A DNA stretch of 64,000 nt from Nitrosopumilus sp. (GCA_963667665.2 OY763927.2:1-64000), one strand, 5' to 3'. Shown: positions 41,264 through 51,470, numbered from the stretch's first letter. Numbers and translations: made by a program. The notes: generated by a model from the sequence alone, not told the origin.

Positions 41264-41866
41264 ATGAAACCTGTAATAATTATCGCAATAGCAGTAGTTT
41301 TTGGAATAGGCATAGGACTCTCACTAGATGTTTCAGCAGAAGAAGGGTTGATTCCATCTTGGATTAAAAATACTGCAATATTTTGGGGTAATGATCAAAT
41401 AAGTGATGCTGAATTTATTGATGCATTGCAATTTTTGATTGATAATGGTATACTTATTGTTGGAGAAACTTCAGTATCTCAAACTGTAACGAGTCAAAAT
41501 AATGACGAATCTGAAAGTAGTGTAACAGAACAAGAAGTTTTACGAGTCTATACGAAACAAGCCAATACATTTTTTGTTACAGTTGATGAACGAGGAGCTA
41601 ACGAAGATTGTAAAAAGTTCAATAATTGTTTTACCCCCAGTCGTATATGGATACACCCAACTGACACAATTGAATTCACCAATATTGGCCAAATTCAACA
41701 TAGATTGTCATCTGCAGATCGTTATCTTGAACCTGATAGTCAACTATTCTATAATCAAATACTAGAAGAAGGTGAATCGTTTGAATATCAATTCAACCAA
41801 GTTCAGACTTATTATGTCACCTGCTTAAATCATCCTGATATGCGATTAATAATCAAAGTTGAATAA
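41264..41866 (+). CDS. Secreted cupredoxin with thaumarchaeal IPxWIKN domain
   Basis: Signal peptide MKPVIIIA..., IPSWIKNTAIFWG, CLNHPDM. Confidence 0.85.
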   Translation: MKPVIIIAIAVVFGIGIGLSLDVSAEEGLIPSWIKNTAIFWGNDQISDAEFIDALQFLIDNGILIVGETSVSQTVTSQNNDESESSVTEQEVLRVYTKQANTFFVTVDERGANEDCKKFNNCFTPSRIWIHPTDTIEFTNIGQIQHRLSSADRYLEPDSQLFYNQILEEGESFEYQFNQVQTYYVTCLNHPDMRLIIKVE

Positions 41867-41943
41867 TTAGGATGTAAAATATCTCTGAAATTATTGTAAT
41901 TAGTTAATTTGTTGATTTTATCATTTACTACTCGTTTTTACTC

Positions 41944-42280
41944 AACATTCCTTAGCTGAAAGAAGAGTTTCATCTAATTTTTCTTAGTATCTTTTTCTCT
42001 ATTTTCTTCTTGAGTAACTTTTCTATGACATGAAACACATAATGCTTCAAGATTAACAATGTCATTATTTGATGGATCGGTATTTTTATGATGAATATCG
42101 AAACCCATTTCATCCATTTTTTTTTTGGCAACGGCCACATATCCAGTTTTGCCCTCTCGCAATTTTGAGTTTTTGAGGCCTCCTTAACTTCTTTCTTTCC
42201 ACCATATACCTTGTATACTTGAATTGATTATATTGATTTCTGAATTTTTACAAAACATTCCTTAGCTGAAAGAAGAGTTT
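41944..42280 (+). repeat. 27-bp direct repeat pair flanking the HNH gene
   Basis: aacattccttagctgaaagaagagttt at 41944-41970 and 42254-42280. Confidence 0.93.
41974..42205 (-). pseudogene. HNH endonuclease frameshifted at an A10 tract (42117-42126)
   Basis: MVERKKLRRPQKLKIARGQNWICGRCQKK / MDEMGFDIHHKNTDPSNNDIVNLEALCVSCHRK; A9 would be in frame. Confidence 0.85.
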
Positions 42281-42528
42281 TACAATAATTTATCAAAAAA
42301 GAATTGATTATCGTTTAATTTGAAAATAATAAAGACGGTAAACGTACCTTTTGTTATCCTAGTAAAGACATGCAGAAAGTTCAGGATCTTATTAAGATGT
42401 CAGGTTTGTGTGCTGGTGCTTACAAAGAGGGATTGATTGATGATCCTAGACCTTAGATTAGGAGAATTTAGAAAATGAAACCTGTAATAATTATCGCAAA
42501 GTTCTATTCTTTGTGTCTTCAATAGCTA

Positions 42529-44025
42529 GTGATGACCAAGTTGAGAATATTGGCATTTTCAGATTATAGAGTTCAAGATATTGATTTGTTAGTTGATTTC
42601 ATTCAAAAAATGCAAAAAAAACCTGACATCATACTTTACGCTGGTGATGATATAGATAGATTTGTGGAACATGAACTAATCAAATCATCTGAATTGAGAT
42701 ATGAGATAAACCGAGGAAAGATGATTAGAAACCGTTTTGAAGAGATAGCGTCACTTTCAAAATTAGGTTTATGTGCTGCTATAGGTAATGATGACTTTCC
42801 AAACGTCAGAGAATTCATTCGTGGAAAAAATGTTCATAGTGTACAGGAGAAACCTTTCATTTTTGGAAATTATGCATTAATAGGAATAGAAGGTGCGATA
42901 GACGATCCAAAGGATAAGAGTATTGGAATAGGACATACCCTGTACAGTGAAGCTTCTTTAAAGAAGAATCTTGAGAAAATGAAGAAAAAAATAAAAAATA
43001 AAAAAATAATTATTTTATCTCATTCTCCACCACGCAATGCTCTTGATATGGCTTTTCGATTCGGAATAAGGAACATAGGTTCTAAATCATTAAGAGATTT
43101 TATAAAGAAAAATCATAAAAATATTCCTCTTGTTGTGTGTGGCCATGTTCATTTGCAGGGAGGAAAAAATACTACTATTGAGAAAACAACCATTGTAAAC
43201 GCAGCATCGCATGATAATAACGGAGCGCCCGGAAGAGTTGCAATAATTGATGTTAGTGATGATAATGTTGAAATTAACTGGCATGAAATGTATGGTGTTG
43301 ACGGAATTTTTGGAGTAGGCCCTGTAAAATATCAAAAATTCAAAAAAGTAGGAATAACAACAATCGATAAATTATATGATATTAGTATCAAAGAGTTATG
43401 CAATTGTCTTAACTGCCATCCTAATGTAGCCACAAAAATTCAAGTGCGAGCTAAAGCAGTTTTTGAAAAGAAAATAATCACATTGGAGAGAATGATATCT
43501 ATAGAAGATGATGCAGCATTTTTTGATATTGAAACAGATCTAACACAAAGCTTAGTTTGGATGATAGGAATTTACTTTGCAAAAACCAATAAACTAGTCC
43601 AACTAGTAGCACATAAACCATCTCAAGAGAAATCCATTCTCAAGAAATTCTTGGATAATATGAAAGATTTTAGAGGGAAAATTTACACATTCTCAGGAAC
43701 AAGATTTGATGAGAGGGTAACAAAGAACAGACTAACCCACTACAAGATGAATTATTCGAATCTCCCCGAGTTTATTGACTTGGCAAAATATATCCAGCGT
43801 TCTTATGCTTTGCCACTGAAATCATATGGTCTAAAATCGATTGCTGATCATTTCGGGTACAAGTATCAGCATCCAGACCTTGATGGAATGACTGTTGCTT
43901 TGGAGTATCTGTCAAACTATCAAAAAACAAAAGATAAGAAATTAATGAAAAAGTTATTAGAATATAACAAAGACGATTTGCTTTCTCTACCATGGATTAT
44001 GAATAAACTTTCTTCAATTGCTTGA
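42529..44025 (+). CDS. Metallophosphoesterase + helix-hairpin-helix + RNase_H_2 (YprB/TM0106-like) fusion
   Basis: FSD, AGDD, IGNDD, SHSPP, CGHVH; IFGVGP; FFDIET, GTRFD, YGLKSIA, EYNKDD. Confidence 0.85.
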   Translation: MMTKLRILAFSDYRVQDIDLLVDFIQKMQKKPDIILYAGDDIDRFVEHELIKSSELRYEINRGKMIRNRFEEIASLSKLGLCAAIGNDDFPNVREFIRGKNVHSVQEKPFIFGNYALIGIEGAIDDPKDKSIGIGHTLYSEASLKKNLEKMKKKIKNKKIIILSHSPPRNALDMAFRFGIRNIGSKSLRDFIKKNHKNIPLVVCGHVHLQGGKNTTIEKTTIVNAASHDNNGAPGRVAIIDVSDDNVEINWHEMYGVDGIFGVGPVKYQKFKKVGITTIDKLYDISIKELCNCLNCHPNVATKIQVRAKAVFEKKIITLERMISIEDDAAFFDIETDLTQSLVWMIGIYFAKTNKLVQLVAHKPSQEKSILKKFLDNMKDFRGKIYTFSGTRFDERVTKNRLTHYKMNYSNLPEFIDLAKYIQRSYALPLKSYGLKSIADHFGYKYQHPDLDGMTVALEYLSNYQKTKDKKLMKKLLEYNKDDLLSLPWIMNKLSSIA

Positions 44026-44308
44026 GAGTAGATTCTAAACTCTTTTTGGGTTATTAGTAATCAGTAATGGAATGATTGTTTGTTTTTCTAAATAAGATTA
44101 CATCTATTCCATTCTTTTTGCATTTTACCTGGTACATGAAGTAGTTATTGAAAAATCCTTATTGATCTTCAGGTTATTGTGTCATCTGTCTTGTTTGATT
44201 CTATACTCCTTCTGTTTTCTCAAAATTCAGAATTAATTACAGTCTTTTAGCTAACAAAAACTAACAAAGTATCTTTGGTTTTTATTACCATTTTTCAAAA
44301 TTTAGCTA

Positions 44309-44530
44309 TTGTCTGATGATGAAAAATCTACCAAACTCACAATGAGAGAAATTGTATTGAGGGGTTCTATTATTGCCACAATAATCACAATTCCATCAAT
44401 TATTGCATTTGTTCTTACTTGGCTTTTACTTGATGATTTGATCTATGCGTTCATTTTAGGCGCAATGGTTTATTTTTTTGCCATGATAATATCATTAAAA
44501 ATTTCTAAAAAATTTTTGGTCAAAAAGTAG
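44309..44530 (+). CDS. Small membrane protein
   Basis: Two TM helices. Confidence 0.75.
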   Translation: MSDDEKSTKLTMREIVLRGSIIATIITIPSIIAFVLTWLLLDDLIYAFILGAMVYFFAMIISLKISKKFLVKK

Positions 44531-44572
44531 TTGTATAGATCATGTTTTATTTCATTGTAATTCATCTCAAAA

Positions 44573-44926
44573 ATGATGTATTCTAAAATTGAGAATGATC
44601 TTGTTTCTGAAATTAGACTAGATCCTATTCAAGCTAAAGTGTATTTGTTAATTACTTGTAATGGAAAAATGCCCTCGACAAAAATTGCAGAAAAATTAAA
44701 AATTTCTTTAGATGATGCCCTAAAGGTATCTAAAGAACTAATGACTCTTGGTGCTTTCATAGATTTTTCTGAAACTGAATTTGAGGCAATGCATCCTAGA
44801 TTTACAGCAGTTAATATGTATAGAAAAATGTGTGAGCGAGAAAATATTGAATTTAAACAAAATAAAATTGTTGATAATATAGGAGTAATTTTAGAAAAAC
44901 CGTATGACGATGCAAGAACTAAATAA
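44573..44926 (+). CDS. TrmB-like HTH protein
   Basis: QAKVYLLI..NGKM...IAEKLKIS. Confidence 0.75.
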   Translation: MMYSKIENDLVSEIRLDPIQAKVYLLITCNGKMPSTKIAEKLKISLDDALKVSKELMTLGAFIDFSETEFEAMHPRFTAVNMYRKMCERENIEFKQNKIVDNIGVILEKPYDDARTK

Positions 44927-44948
44927 TGCTGATAATTGGTGAACAGCA

Positions 44949-45347
44949 TTGAGTATTGATACTGAAACTTGTAAACATCAACCTGTTTACTATGGAGTAA
45001 TCAATATCAACATAGATGAAAAAACAATTGGTTCAGTTGATGTCTGGAGATGTGGTGCTTGCAAGAAACGATTCTGTGAAGAAAAACAACTTGGAATTGA
45101 AGAGATTGCTGACCTGGTAGGAATGCCAAAAATTGATTCTGATGCAAAATGGGCAGTTACAGTATGTAAATTACAACAAGGAAAATACAAATGGAAATTA
45201 GTTAAACTAAAAGAAAATAGTGAAATCAAGCATGAATGTTTAGATGAACAAATAATTTCATTCAAGGTTAAAGATTTCAAAGTTGAAGATGATAGCCACT
45301 GGAGCTTTTTAATTGATGATAACATTAACAAGGCTGTTGAAATTTAG
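44949..45347 (+). CDS. Conserved hypothetical protein (Cys-rich)
   Basis: CKH, CGACKKRFC. Confidence 0.7.
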   Translation: MSIDTETCKHQPVYYGVININIDEKTIGSVDVWRCGACKKRFCEEKQLGIEEIADLVGMPKIDSDAKWAVTVCKLQQGKYKWKLVKLKENSEIKHECLDEQIISFKVKDFKVEDDSHWSFLIDDNINKAVEI

Positions 45348-45355
45348 TTTTTATA

Positions 45356-45640
45356 ATGGAACTCAAAGTTCACATTAATAATATTCATGGAAGCCAAATG
45401 GCTGCAAAGATTACTGGTAAATTTACTTTAGATAATAATGAATTTCGTTTTACTGCAATTGCATTTGGTAGAATAGGTGGACAAAATGTGGGTGCAAAGC
45501 TTTCTAAAACTACTGAAAAAGAATTAGAAAAATTGGGATATGATGTTGAGGAAGTTATCATATTACTTCAGAAAAATCTACTTCAAGGAGATTTGACTCT
45601 TCCAGAAGGTCTCTCAAGAGAATCATTTGTTGATGACTAA
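45356..45640 (+). CDS. Conserved hypothetical protein
   Basis: [11 protein letters not shown]; operonic. Confidence 0.7.
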   Translation: MELKVHINNIHGSQMAAKITGKFTLDNNEFRFTAIAFGRIGGQNVGAKLSKTTEKELEKLGYDVEEVIILLQKNLLQGDLTLPEGLSRESFVDD

Positions 45641-46428
45641 AATTCTGCTTCTTCTAATGCCTTAGCACAGGAACAACTTCTTGTTTTAGGAATGTTATCA
45701 ATTAATTCTGTTAATATTTTCTTTGTCTTCTCTACATTTTTTGAAAGTGTCTCTAAGACTTGTTTAGCAGTTACAGGTTTTTCAGCCCATACATCATAAT
45801 CTGTGACAGTTGAGATTGACGCATAACATATTTGCGCTTCTCTTGCTAGTTGACATTCTGGAACAAGTGTCATTCCAATGATATCTGCTCCTGTTGATCT
45901 GTAGAATTTTGATTCTGCCTTACTTGAAAATCGTGGGCCTTCAATGCAGACATAGGTACAATCTTTGTGTATTTTCAAATTTTGTTTATCTGTTACTTTA
46001 ATAATTGATGATTGCAATTCTGGACAAAAAGGTTCAGCTACTGAAATATGAATTACTCTTCCTTCTTCTGAAAATGATCCATCTCTTGATTTTGTAAAGT
46101 CTAAAAATTGTGATGGTAATGCAAAGTCTCCCGGTTCTAATTCTTCTTTTAGACTTCCAACTGCTGAAGGTGCTATGATTCTTGTGACTCCTAGTTCTTT
46201 GAATGCCCAAATGTTTGCTTTAAAATTAATCATATGTGGTGGAATGGTGTGTTTTTTTCCATGTCTTGGAAGGAAAGCAATCTTTCTTCCATTAAAAATT
46301 CCAACTGTTATGGTATCTGAAGGTTTACCATAAGGTGTCTCGATATCAACTTCTTGTGCATTTTCAAGTAAACCTGAATCATAAATTCCTGTTCCACCAA
46401 AAATTCCAATCTCAACATCTTTTTCCAT
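45637..46428 (-). CDS. mtnP: S-methyl-5'-thioadenosine phosphorylase
   Basis: GIFGGTG, PRHG, EGPRFS, GMTLVPE, VTDYD. Confidence 0.96.
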   Translation of the reverse strand: MEKDVEIGIFGGTGIYDSGLLENAQEVDIETPYGKPSDTITVGIFNGRKIAFLPRHGKKHTIPPHMINFKANIWAFKELGVTRIIAPSAVGSLKEELEPGDFALPSQFLDFTKSRDGSFSEEGRVIHISVAEPFCPELQSSIIKVTDKQNLKIHKDCTYVCIEGPRFSSKAESKFYRSTGADIIGMTLVPECQLAREAQICYASISTVTDYDVWAEKPVTAKQVLETLSKNVEKTKKILTELIDNIPKTRSCSCAKALEEAEF

Positions 46429-46940
46429 TAATATTTCACCAATGATTTGCAATCATACTTGCTGATTCCTTTAATTCCATTAAGATCAGTTAATTCTATG
46501 ATAAACGCAAACCCTGAAATTTTTCCACCTATTTTTTCAATTAATTTTGCAGATGCTTTTGCAGTGCCTCCTGTTGCAAGTAAATCATCACAAATGAGAA
46601 TTCTTTGTCCTTCTTTGATTATGTCTTTCTGAATCTCTAGTGTGTCCTTACCATATTCTATGGTATATGATAATTTTACAGTTTTTCCAGGCAATTTTCC
46701 TGCTTTTCTAATCATTATCATGCCTTTGTTGTATCTTGAGGCTAAAACAGAAGCTAAAATGAATCCTCTTGACTCAATTCCAGCAAACAGATCTACATCT
46801 TTTGGATGAAAATGTTTTGAAAACTCATCAGCAATTAAAGACAAAGCTGATGGATCCTTCAAAATCGGACTAAAGTCTCTAAATAAAATTCCTTTTTTAG
46901 GGAAATTGGGGTATTCCGCAATTTTTTCTCTAAGATTCAT
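46428..46940 (-). CDS. apt: Adenine phosphoribosyltransferase
   Basis: [24 protein letters not shown]. Confidence 0.96.
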   Translation of the reverse strand: MNLREKIAEYPNFPKKGILFRDFSPILKDPSALSLIADEFSKHFHPKDVDLFAGIESRGFILASVLASRYNKGMIMIRKAGKLPGKTVKLSYTIEYGKDTLEIQKDIIKEGQRILICDDLLATGGTAKASAKLIEKIGGKISGFAFIIELTDLNGIKGISKYDCKSLVKY

Positions 46941-46982
46941 AGAAAATAAGGTAATTCAGTAAAATAAAATTGTTTGAAATTA

Positions 46983-49190
46983 TTATTTCAACTCAAAAGT
47001 GGTTTCTGCTGAATCAAACGCATCTGATATTTTGAATGTATAAATTCCAGGTTCTGTATCTTTAGGAACTAACCAAGGGACACTTATTTCTCCTTGGGCT
47101 GATGCTCTTGGATTCAAAGTCTGGATGATTTCACCATCTCCTGCTATTATTTCAACTGTCACCGTTTGTTGTACTCCAACTGCTTGGATTGTGATTGTTT
47201 TTCCTAAATGTGACGTACTTGGATCGATTGTTTCTTCAACTGTTATTTGTATTCCTTCAGCTAATGTTGCTAAAACTTCAATTTTTTTATCGGCAAAGTT
47301 TGCTCCACTTACTACCTTGATTGTCCAAATTCCAGATTTTGCCTCTGATGGTATTCTAAATGATTCTTCTGAAATCTTGCCTGTCACGTATCCATCTTTG
47401 TCTGTAACTGTGAGTATTATGATTGTCTCTTTGGTTTTTACTATATTTTCATCTGGATCTGTTAATGTAAATTCTGCTATACATTTTCTCTCTGTTCCAC
47501 CTAGAATTAAAATTGATTCTCCAGGTACATAACTCTCCTTGGTAGTGTCAATATCTATTACACCACAAATACTCTGCACACCAACTGTAAAAATATCCTG
47601 AGTTTGAGTACTTCCCTTACTAATTACGGCAGTGTATATTCCAGTTGCATATTCATCTAAATTAAGAGAATATTCTCCTCTACCATCTGGTTGTAGTGTT
47701 ATAGATATTGCATCTCCTTTTGGTTTTTCAGAAGGATCAAGAATTAGTAGACTAATGACATCTGATCCTTTCCCTGTAAGTGAAATTATGGCCGTATCTC
47801 CTGCTTTGTAATTCAATACATCAAATTTTATGTTAACTGGAATTGAAGGTAATTGCCCAACTCCTGCAAAAATGAACTCTTTTTCTTTTTCTTGTGTTGC
47901 AATTAGTGTATATGTTCCCTTTCTTGCATTTAGTTCTGTTTGGAATTTAAACTCTACAAAACCTGAATCATCAACTTGAATAATATCTGAAAAAATCTCT
48001 TTCCCAATAGGGTCTTCTAATATCATTTCAATTGATTTGTTTGGTAATGCAGTTCCATTGAATTTCATGATTTCACCTGGTTCAAACTTTAAACTAATTG
48101 GAATTATGATTATTACTTTATCTGATTCCACTGTCCAATGCTCTACAATACTTTCCCTTCCATCAGTAATAGTTGCACTATATTTTCCAAATGAAGAATC
48201 TAATGCTACGATAATTGGTTCTGATAATTCCCAGTTTCCAGTTCTATCTATTTCTGCTGTTCTTGAATTAATAACTTCTCCTTCTGGATTGGAAATTTCT
48301 GCAGTTATGGCGCTATTTGGATTTCCAGTTCCAAAAATCTCTAAAAAGTCTCCTCTATGAATAACATCTGGAAGTCCTTTAATTGTAAGTTTGATGTTTT
48401 CTGATTCTGGAATTTGATTTTCAAGATCTCCTATTCTGAGACTAATCTTTTTCTCTCCTCCGTTTTTGTCTATTATTTTAAAATCTGCCCTGTCAGCTTT
48501 CTGATTTTCAGGAATTTTCATACTAGTCATAAAGTGACCATCTTCATCTGTTTCAAAACTACCAATTTTTTTTGAATCAATATAGAAATCAAATTCTTGA
48601 GATGCAGCAAATTTGTCTCCTGTAACTCTTATTGATGAACCAACATTTGGTTTCTCTGGAACTATTCTAAAGATTGATTCTGATAAATCATAAACTAGAA
48701 TTCCGTCAGTATTGTTTGTACTTTGATCTTGTTTAGGTTTTGTATTTTGAACCACATCTGGTAATTCATCTGGTAATATTTTGCCAATACTAATTTGGTT
48801 GTCTCCTTTGTCTAATGTCTTCCAATTAATTCCAGGTTTTGCTTTATCTGTTTTAACACCAAACTTTACAGATTCACCTTGTTTGATTGTTTCAGATGAT
48901 GTGAAAATAATTACTCCTTGAGGAGTTTTTTCACCAATCCAACCTTCTTCTGTTTTAAAAGATTTGAAACTAAAATCACTTCCAAGCCAAATTCTAAATG
49001 AATTAACTGATTCGTCAGAATCATTTGTAACTTCAATGATTGTAGTCTCTTCAAAAGCAAAACTTTTGACATTAACTTCTTCTGCGTATACATTTGATGG
49101 GATTGCAATAATTATAATTGAAAATAATAATGTAATTGCAAGGCAAATTCCTCTCGTCGAGGATTTATTCATGTAATCCAGATTAGACAT
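46983..49190 (-). CDS. Large secreted Ig-like repeat protein
   Basis: Signal peptide; repeated beta-sandwich motifs (GTY/GKY/GIY). Confidence 0.8.
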   Translation of the reverse strand: MSNLDYMNKSSTRGICLAITLLFSIIIIAIPSNVYAEEVNVKSFAFEETTIIEVTNDSDESVNSFRIWLGSDFSFKSFKTEEGWIGEKTPQGVIIFTSSETIKQGESVKFGVKTDKAKPGINWKTLDKGDNQISIGKILPDELPDVVQNTKPKQDQSTNNTDGILVYDLSESIFRIVPEKPNVGSSIRVTGDKFAASQEFDFYIDSKKIGSFETDEDGHFMTSMKIPENQKADRADFKIIDKNGGEKKISLRIGDLENQIPESENIKLTIKGLPDVIHRGDFLEIFGTGNPNSAITAEISNPEGEVINSRTAEIDRTGNWELSEPIIVALDSSFGKYSATITDGRESIVEHWTVESDKVIIIIPISLKFEPGEIMKFNGTALPNKSIEMILEDPIGKEIFSDIIQVDDSGFVEFKFQTELNARKGTYTLIATQEKEKEFIFAGVGQLPSIPVNIKFDVLNYKAGDTAIISLTGKGSDVISLLILDPSEKPKGDAISITLQPDGRGEYSLNLDEYATGIYTAVISKGSTQTQDIFTVGVQSICGVIDIDTTKESYVPGESILILGGTERKCIAEFTLTDPDENIVKTKETIIILTVTDKDGYVTGKISEESFRIPSEAKSGIWTIKVVSGANFADKKIEVLATLAEGIQITVEETIDPSTSHLGKTITIQAVGVQQTVTVEIIAGDGEIIQTLNPRASAQGEISVPWLVPKDTEPGIYTFKISDAFDSAETTFELK

Positions 49191-49269
49191 CTCTCACTTA
49201 AACCTAAAGACTTTTTCCTGCTTTTCTATTTTTTACTTCAGTACTTTTCATGAGAAACCTTCTTAAATC

Positions 49270-51363
49270 TTAAGCCTTTGCCTTTTGAAATTTGTCTAGG
49301 TCTGGTTTTGTTACTACGTTTTGATATTGCCTAATTCTCTCAGCAATTAGTCTATACAATGATCTGAATTGGTCTTTTGTTTTATCTGATAGGAAACTAG
49401 TCTCTTCTAGCGTGATTTTTTCACATATGTATCTGGTAATCTCTTCATTGTCAAATTCTCCCCAATCGTCTTCTCTATGCTCCAGCCAAATCTCTCTTAA
49501 TTTGCCTAGAATTCCTTTGCTTTCTTTAGAAGTAACATCCTTAGGTGTGAGATTTGAATATCCTTCCTGTCTTAATTTTATCTCATAAGTTTGATTTACT
49601 ACATGTAAATAATCTTCAAGAACAATATAGTCCTCAATTGACTCTAGCTTCTTCCCTTCTCTCTCAAAAAAGATAGTCTGAACTGATGAGAATTCATTTG
49701 AGACTAATTGGGCGGAAATTTGCTTGGATTCTTGTGTATTGTCTAATAAAATAAATGTCCTGTAACCATGATTTCTGTAAAATATTGCCAAAGGTAAAAC
49801 TGAATTTTTGTTGTATGCTGCAACAACATTAAGTGGATTCATTGAGATGTTTGGATCCTGTAAGAATTTGTCAAAAGCATTTAGATACATTGCATCAGAC
49901 ATTGTCTCTACGATTATTATCGGTCTAGAGTTTGTTCCTATCTCTCTATCCACAATAGATTCAACAAGACCTCTGGATAATCCATACAAAATTGGTGTTA
50001 ATGTTTTGTCATCAGCATTCCAATAATCATAAAAGATTCTACTGAGATGCTTTATTTTATCTAACTCTACAACAAGAAGATTACCTGGAGTATAGTCAAA
50101 GATCATAAATGGTGAATGTGTTGCATACAAAACTTGGTTAGAACCTGCTAAATTTTTTAGTAAATCAGAAATTCCCATTTGTTGTGTGGGGTGAAGGTTT
50201 CTTGCAGGTTCATCTAAAAGTAATATTGCTTCTCTTAACTCTGATCTTTGTGTTTCAGCTGCAAAGTTTACAATAAAAGAAAATGTCCACTTGAAACCCT
50301 CTGCTCTCCTGTTTAACAATCCTGTGTTTGTAATTGTTCCATCTTTATGAACATCTGAAATTACAACACTCATGATGTTTCCTGGGTTATACCTCAAGTC
50401 TACATGGATAGGATCTCCTTTCCATGTTGGATTTAATTTACGAGTCAGTCTGTTACCTGCAGCATTAAGTAGTTTGATACATTTTGAGGGGCTCTCTTTT
50501 ACTTCATCTAATTCTTTCATATCTAATTCAGCTAGATAGAAGAGATTTCTTACTGTCTCTGCCTTGTCGAATTCTTCAACATATTCAACTGAATCTACTC
50601 TTTCTCCTGTTTCTTCTCTAAGAAACTCGTTGAGATTGATATTACCATAGATTTTTTTATAATCTGAAAAATAAACAAATCTTGGATGTAATTCAGATGC
50701 AATAAAATTCTGTAAGGCTGATTTTTCGCTTTCACCACTTAGAAGATTTGAAAATTGGTTTTCTGGTTTTTCATAGATTTTTTCCCATTCTTCAATCACT
50801 CTAGATTCTTGATTGGCTATTACATGAAATTGATTACTAAATTCTGCCATTCCACTATCAAATGCTTCTTGGTTCTTAGGAACTGCTTCATCAAAGAACT
50901 TTGTATCGACTTGTATTCTAATGTGATTTGGAATTGTATCTAAAAATTCAAGAATCTGTTTTGAGAAATTTTCCCATGAATTGAGTTCTTCATCTTCATC
51001 TTCACCAAGTTCAATTTCTTCAAATTCGTATTGAACATTTGGATTTCGATTTGTTTTAAATAATTTGATTTTTTTGATTTCCGGCAAAGCAGGAAATTTT
51101 TCTTTGATTAGACTAATTTCATTTTCGTTTAATTCAAATTCTCCTTCTGCTAATCTAATCTCATCTTTGAGCTCTTCATCCATTTCGTCACAAAGATCTA
51201 GTTCTGAAACTTTTTCATTCCTATTCAATAAGGTTAATGCTTGAAGTATCGTGGTTTTACCACTTTCATTTCTCCCTACAAAAGCCGCTAAATCACCAAC
51301 TGTGATTTCACCAGAATCATGAATGCATCTATACGCTCTAACTCTGAATTTCCTTAGTCGCAT
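49270..51363 (-). CDS. OLD-family ABC ATPase with TOPRIM-like domain
   Basis: GRNESGKT, LLLDEP, ATHSP, IVETMSD. Confidence 0.88.
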   Translation of the reverse strand: MRLRKFRVRAYRCIHDSGEITVGDLAAFVGRNESGKTTILQALTLLNRNEKVSELDLCDEMDEELKDEIRLAEGEFELNENEISLIKEKFPALPEIKKIKLFKTNRNPNVQYEFEEIELGEDEDEELNSWENFSKQILEFLDTIPNHIRIQVDTKFFDEAVPKNQEAFDSGMAEFSNQFHVIANQESRVIEEWEKIYEKPENQFSNLLSGESEKSALQNFIASELHPRFVYFSDYKKIYGNINLNEFLREETGERVDSVEYVEEFDKAETVRNLFYLAELDMKELDEVKESPSKCIKLLNAAGNRLTRKLNPTWKGDPIHVDLRYNPGNIMSVVISDVHKDGTITNTGLLNRRAEGFKWTFSFIVNFAAETQRSELREAILLLDEPARNLHPTQQMGISDLLKNLAGSNQVLYATHSPFMIFDYTPGNLLVVELDKIKHLSRIFYDYWNADDKTLTPILYGLSRGLVESIVDREIGTNSRPIIIVETMSDAMYLNAFDKFLQDPNISMNPLNVVAAYNKNSVLPLAIFYRNHGYRTFILLDNTQESKQISAQLVSNEFSSVQTIFFEREGKKLESIEDYIVLEDYLHVVNQTYEIKLRQEGYSNLTPKDVTSKESKGILGKLREIWLEHREDDWGEFDNEEITRYICEKITLEETSFLSDKTKDQFRSLYRLIAERIRQYQNVVTKPDLDKFQKAKA

Positions 51364-51470
51364 CTAGCGATATTTGGTTGGCTACGATTTAACTCATTCG
51401 TCAAATTGATCTTATGTTTTCATTAATTTTTTCAAATAGATTATAAGGGAATCACAGATTTTAAAATAAA

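Larger units (their letters stand above)
41261..42499 (+). repeat. 28-bp direct repeat pair (gene start MKPVIIIA)
   Basis: aaaatgaaacctgtaataattatcgcaa at 41261-41288 and 42472-42499. Confidence 0.9.
37608..44283. mobile_element. Integrated plasmid/virus-like element, about 6.7 kb, with integrase and HUH Rep
   Basis: 18-bp direct repeat aaagtatctttggttttt at 37608-37625 and 44266-44283 encloses all non-core genes between two core-like genes. Confidence 0.82.
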
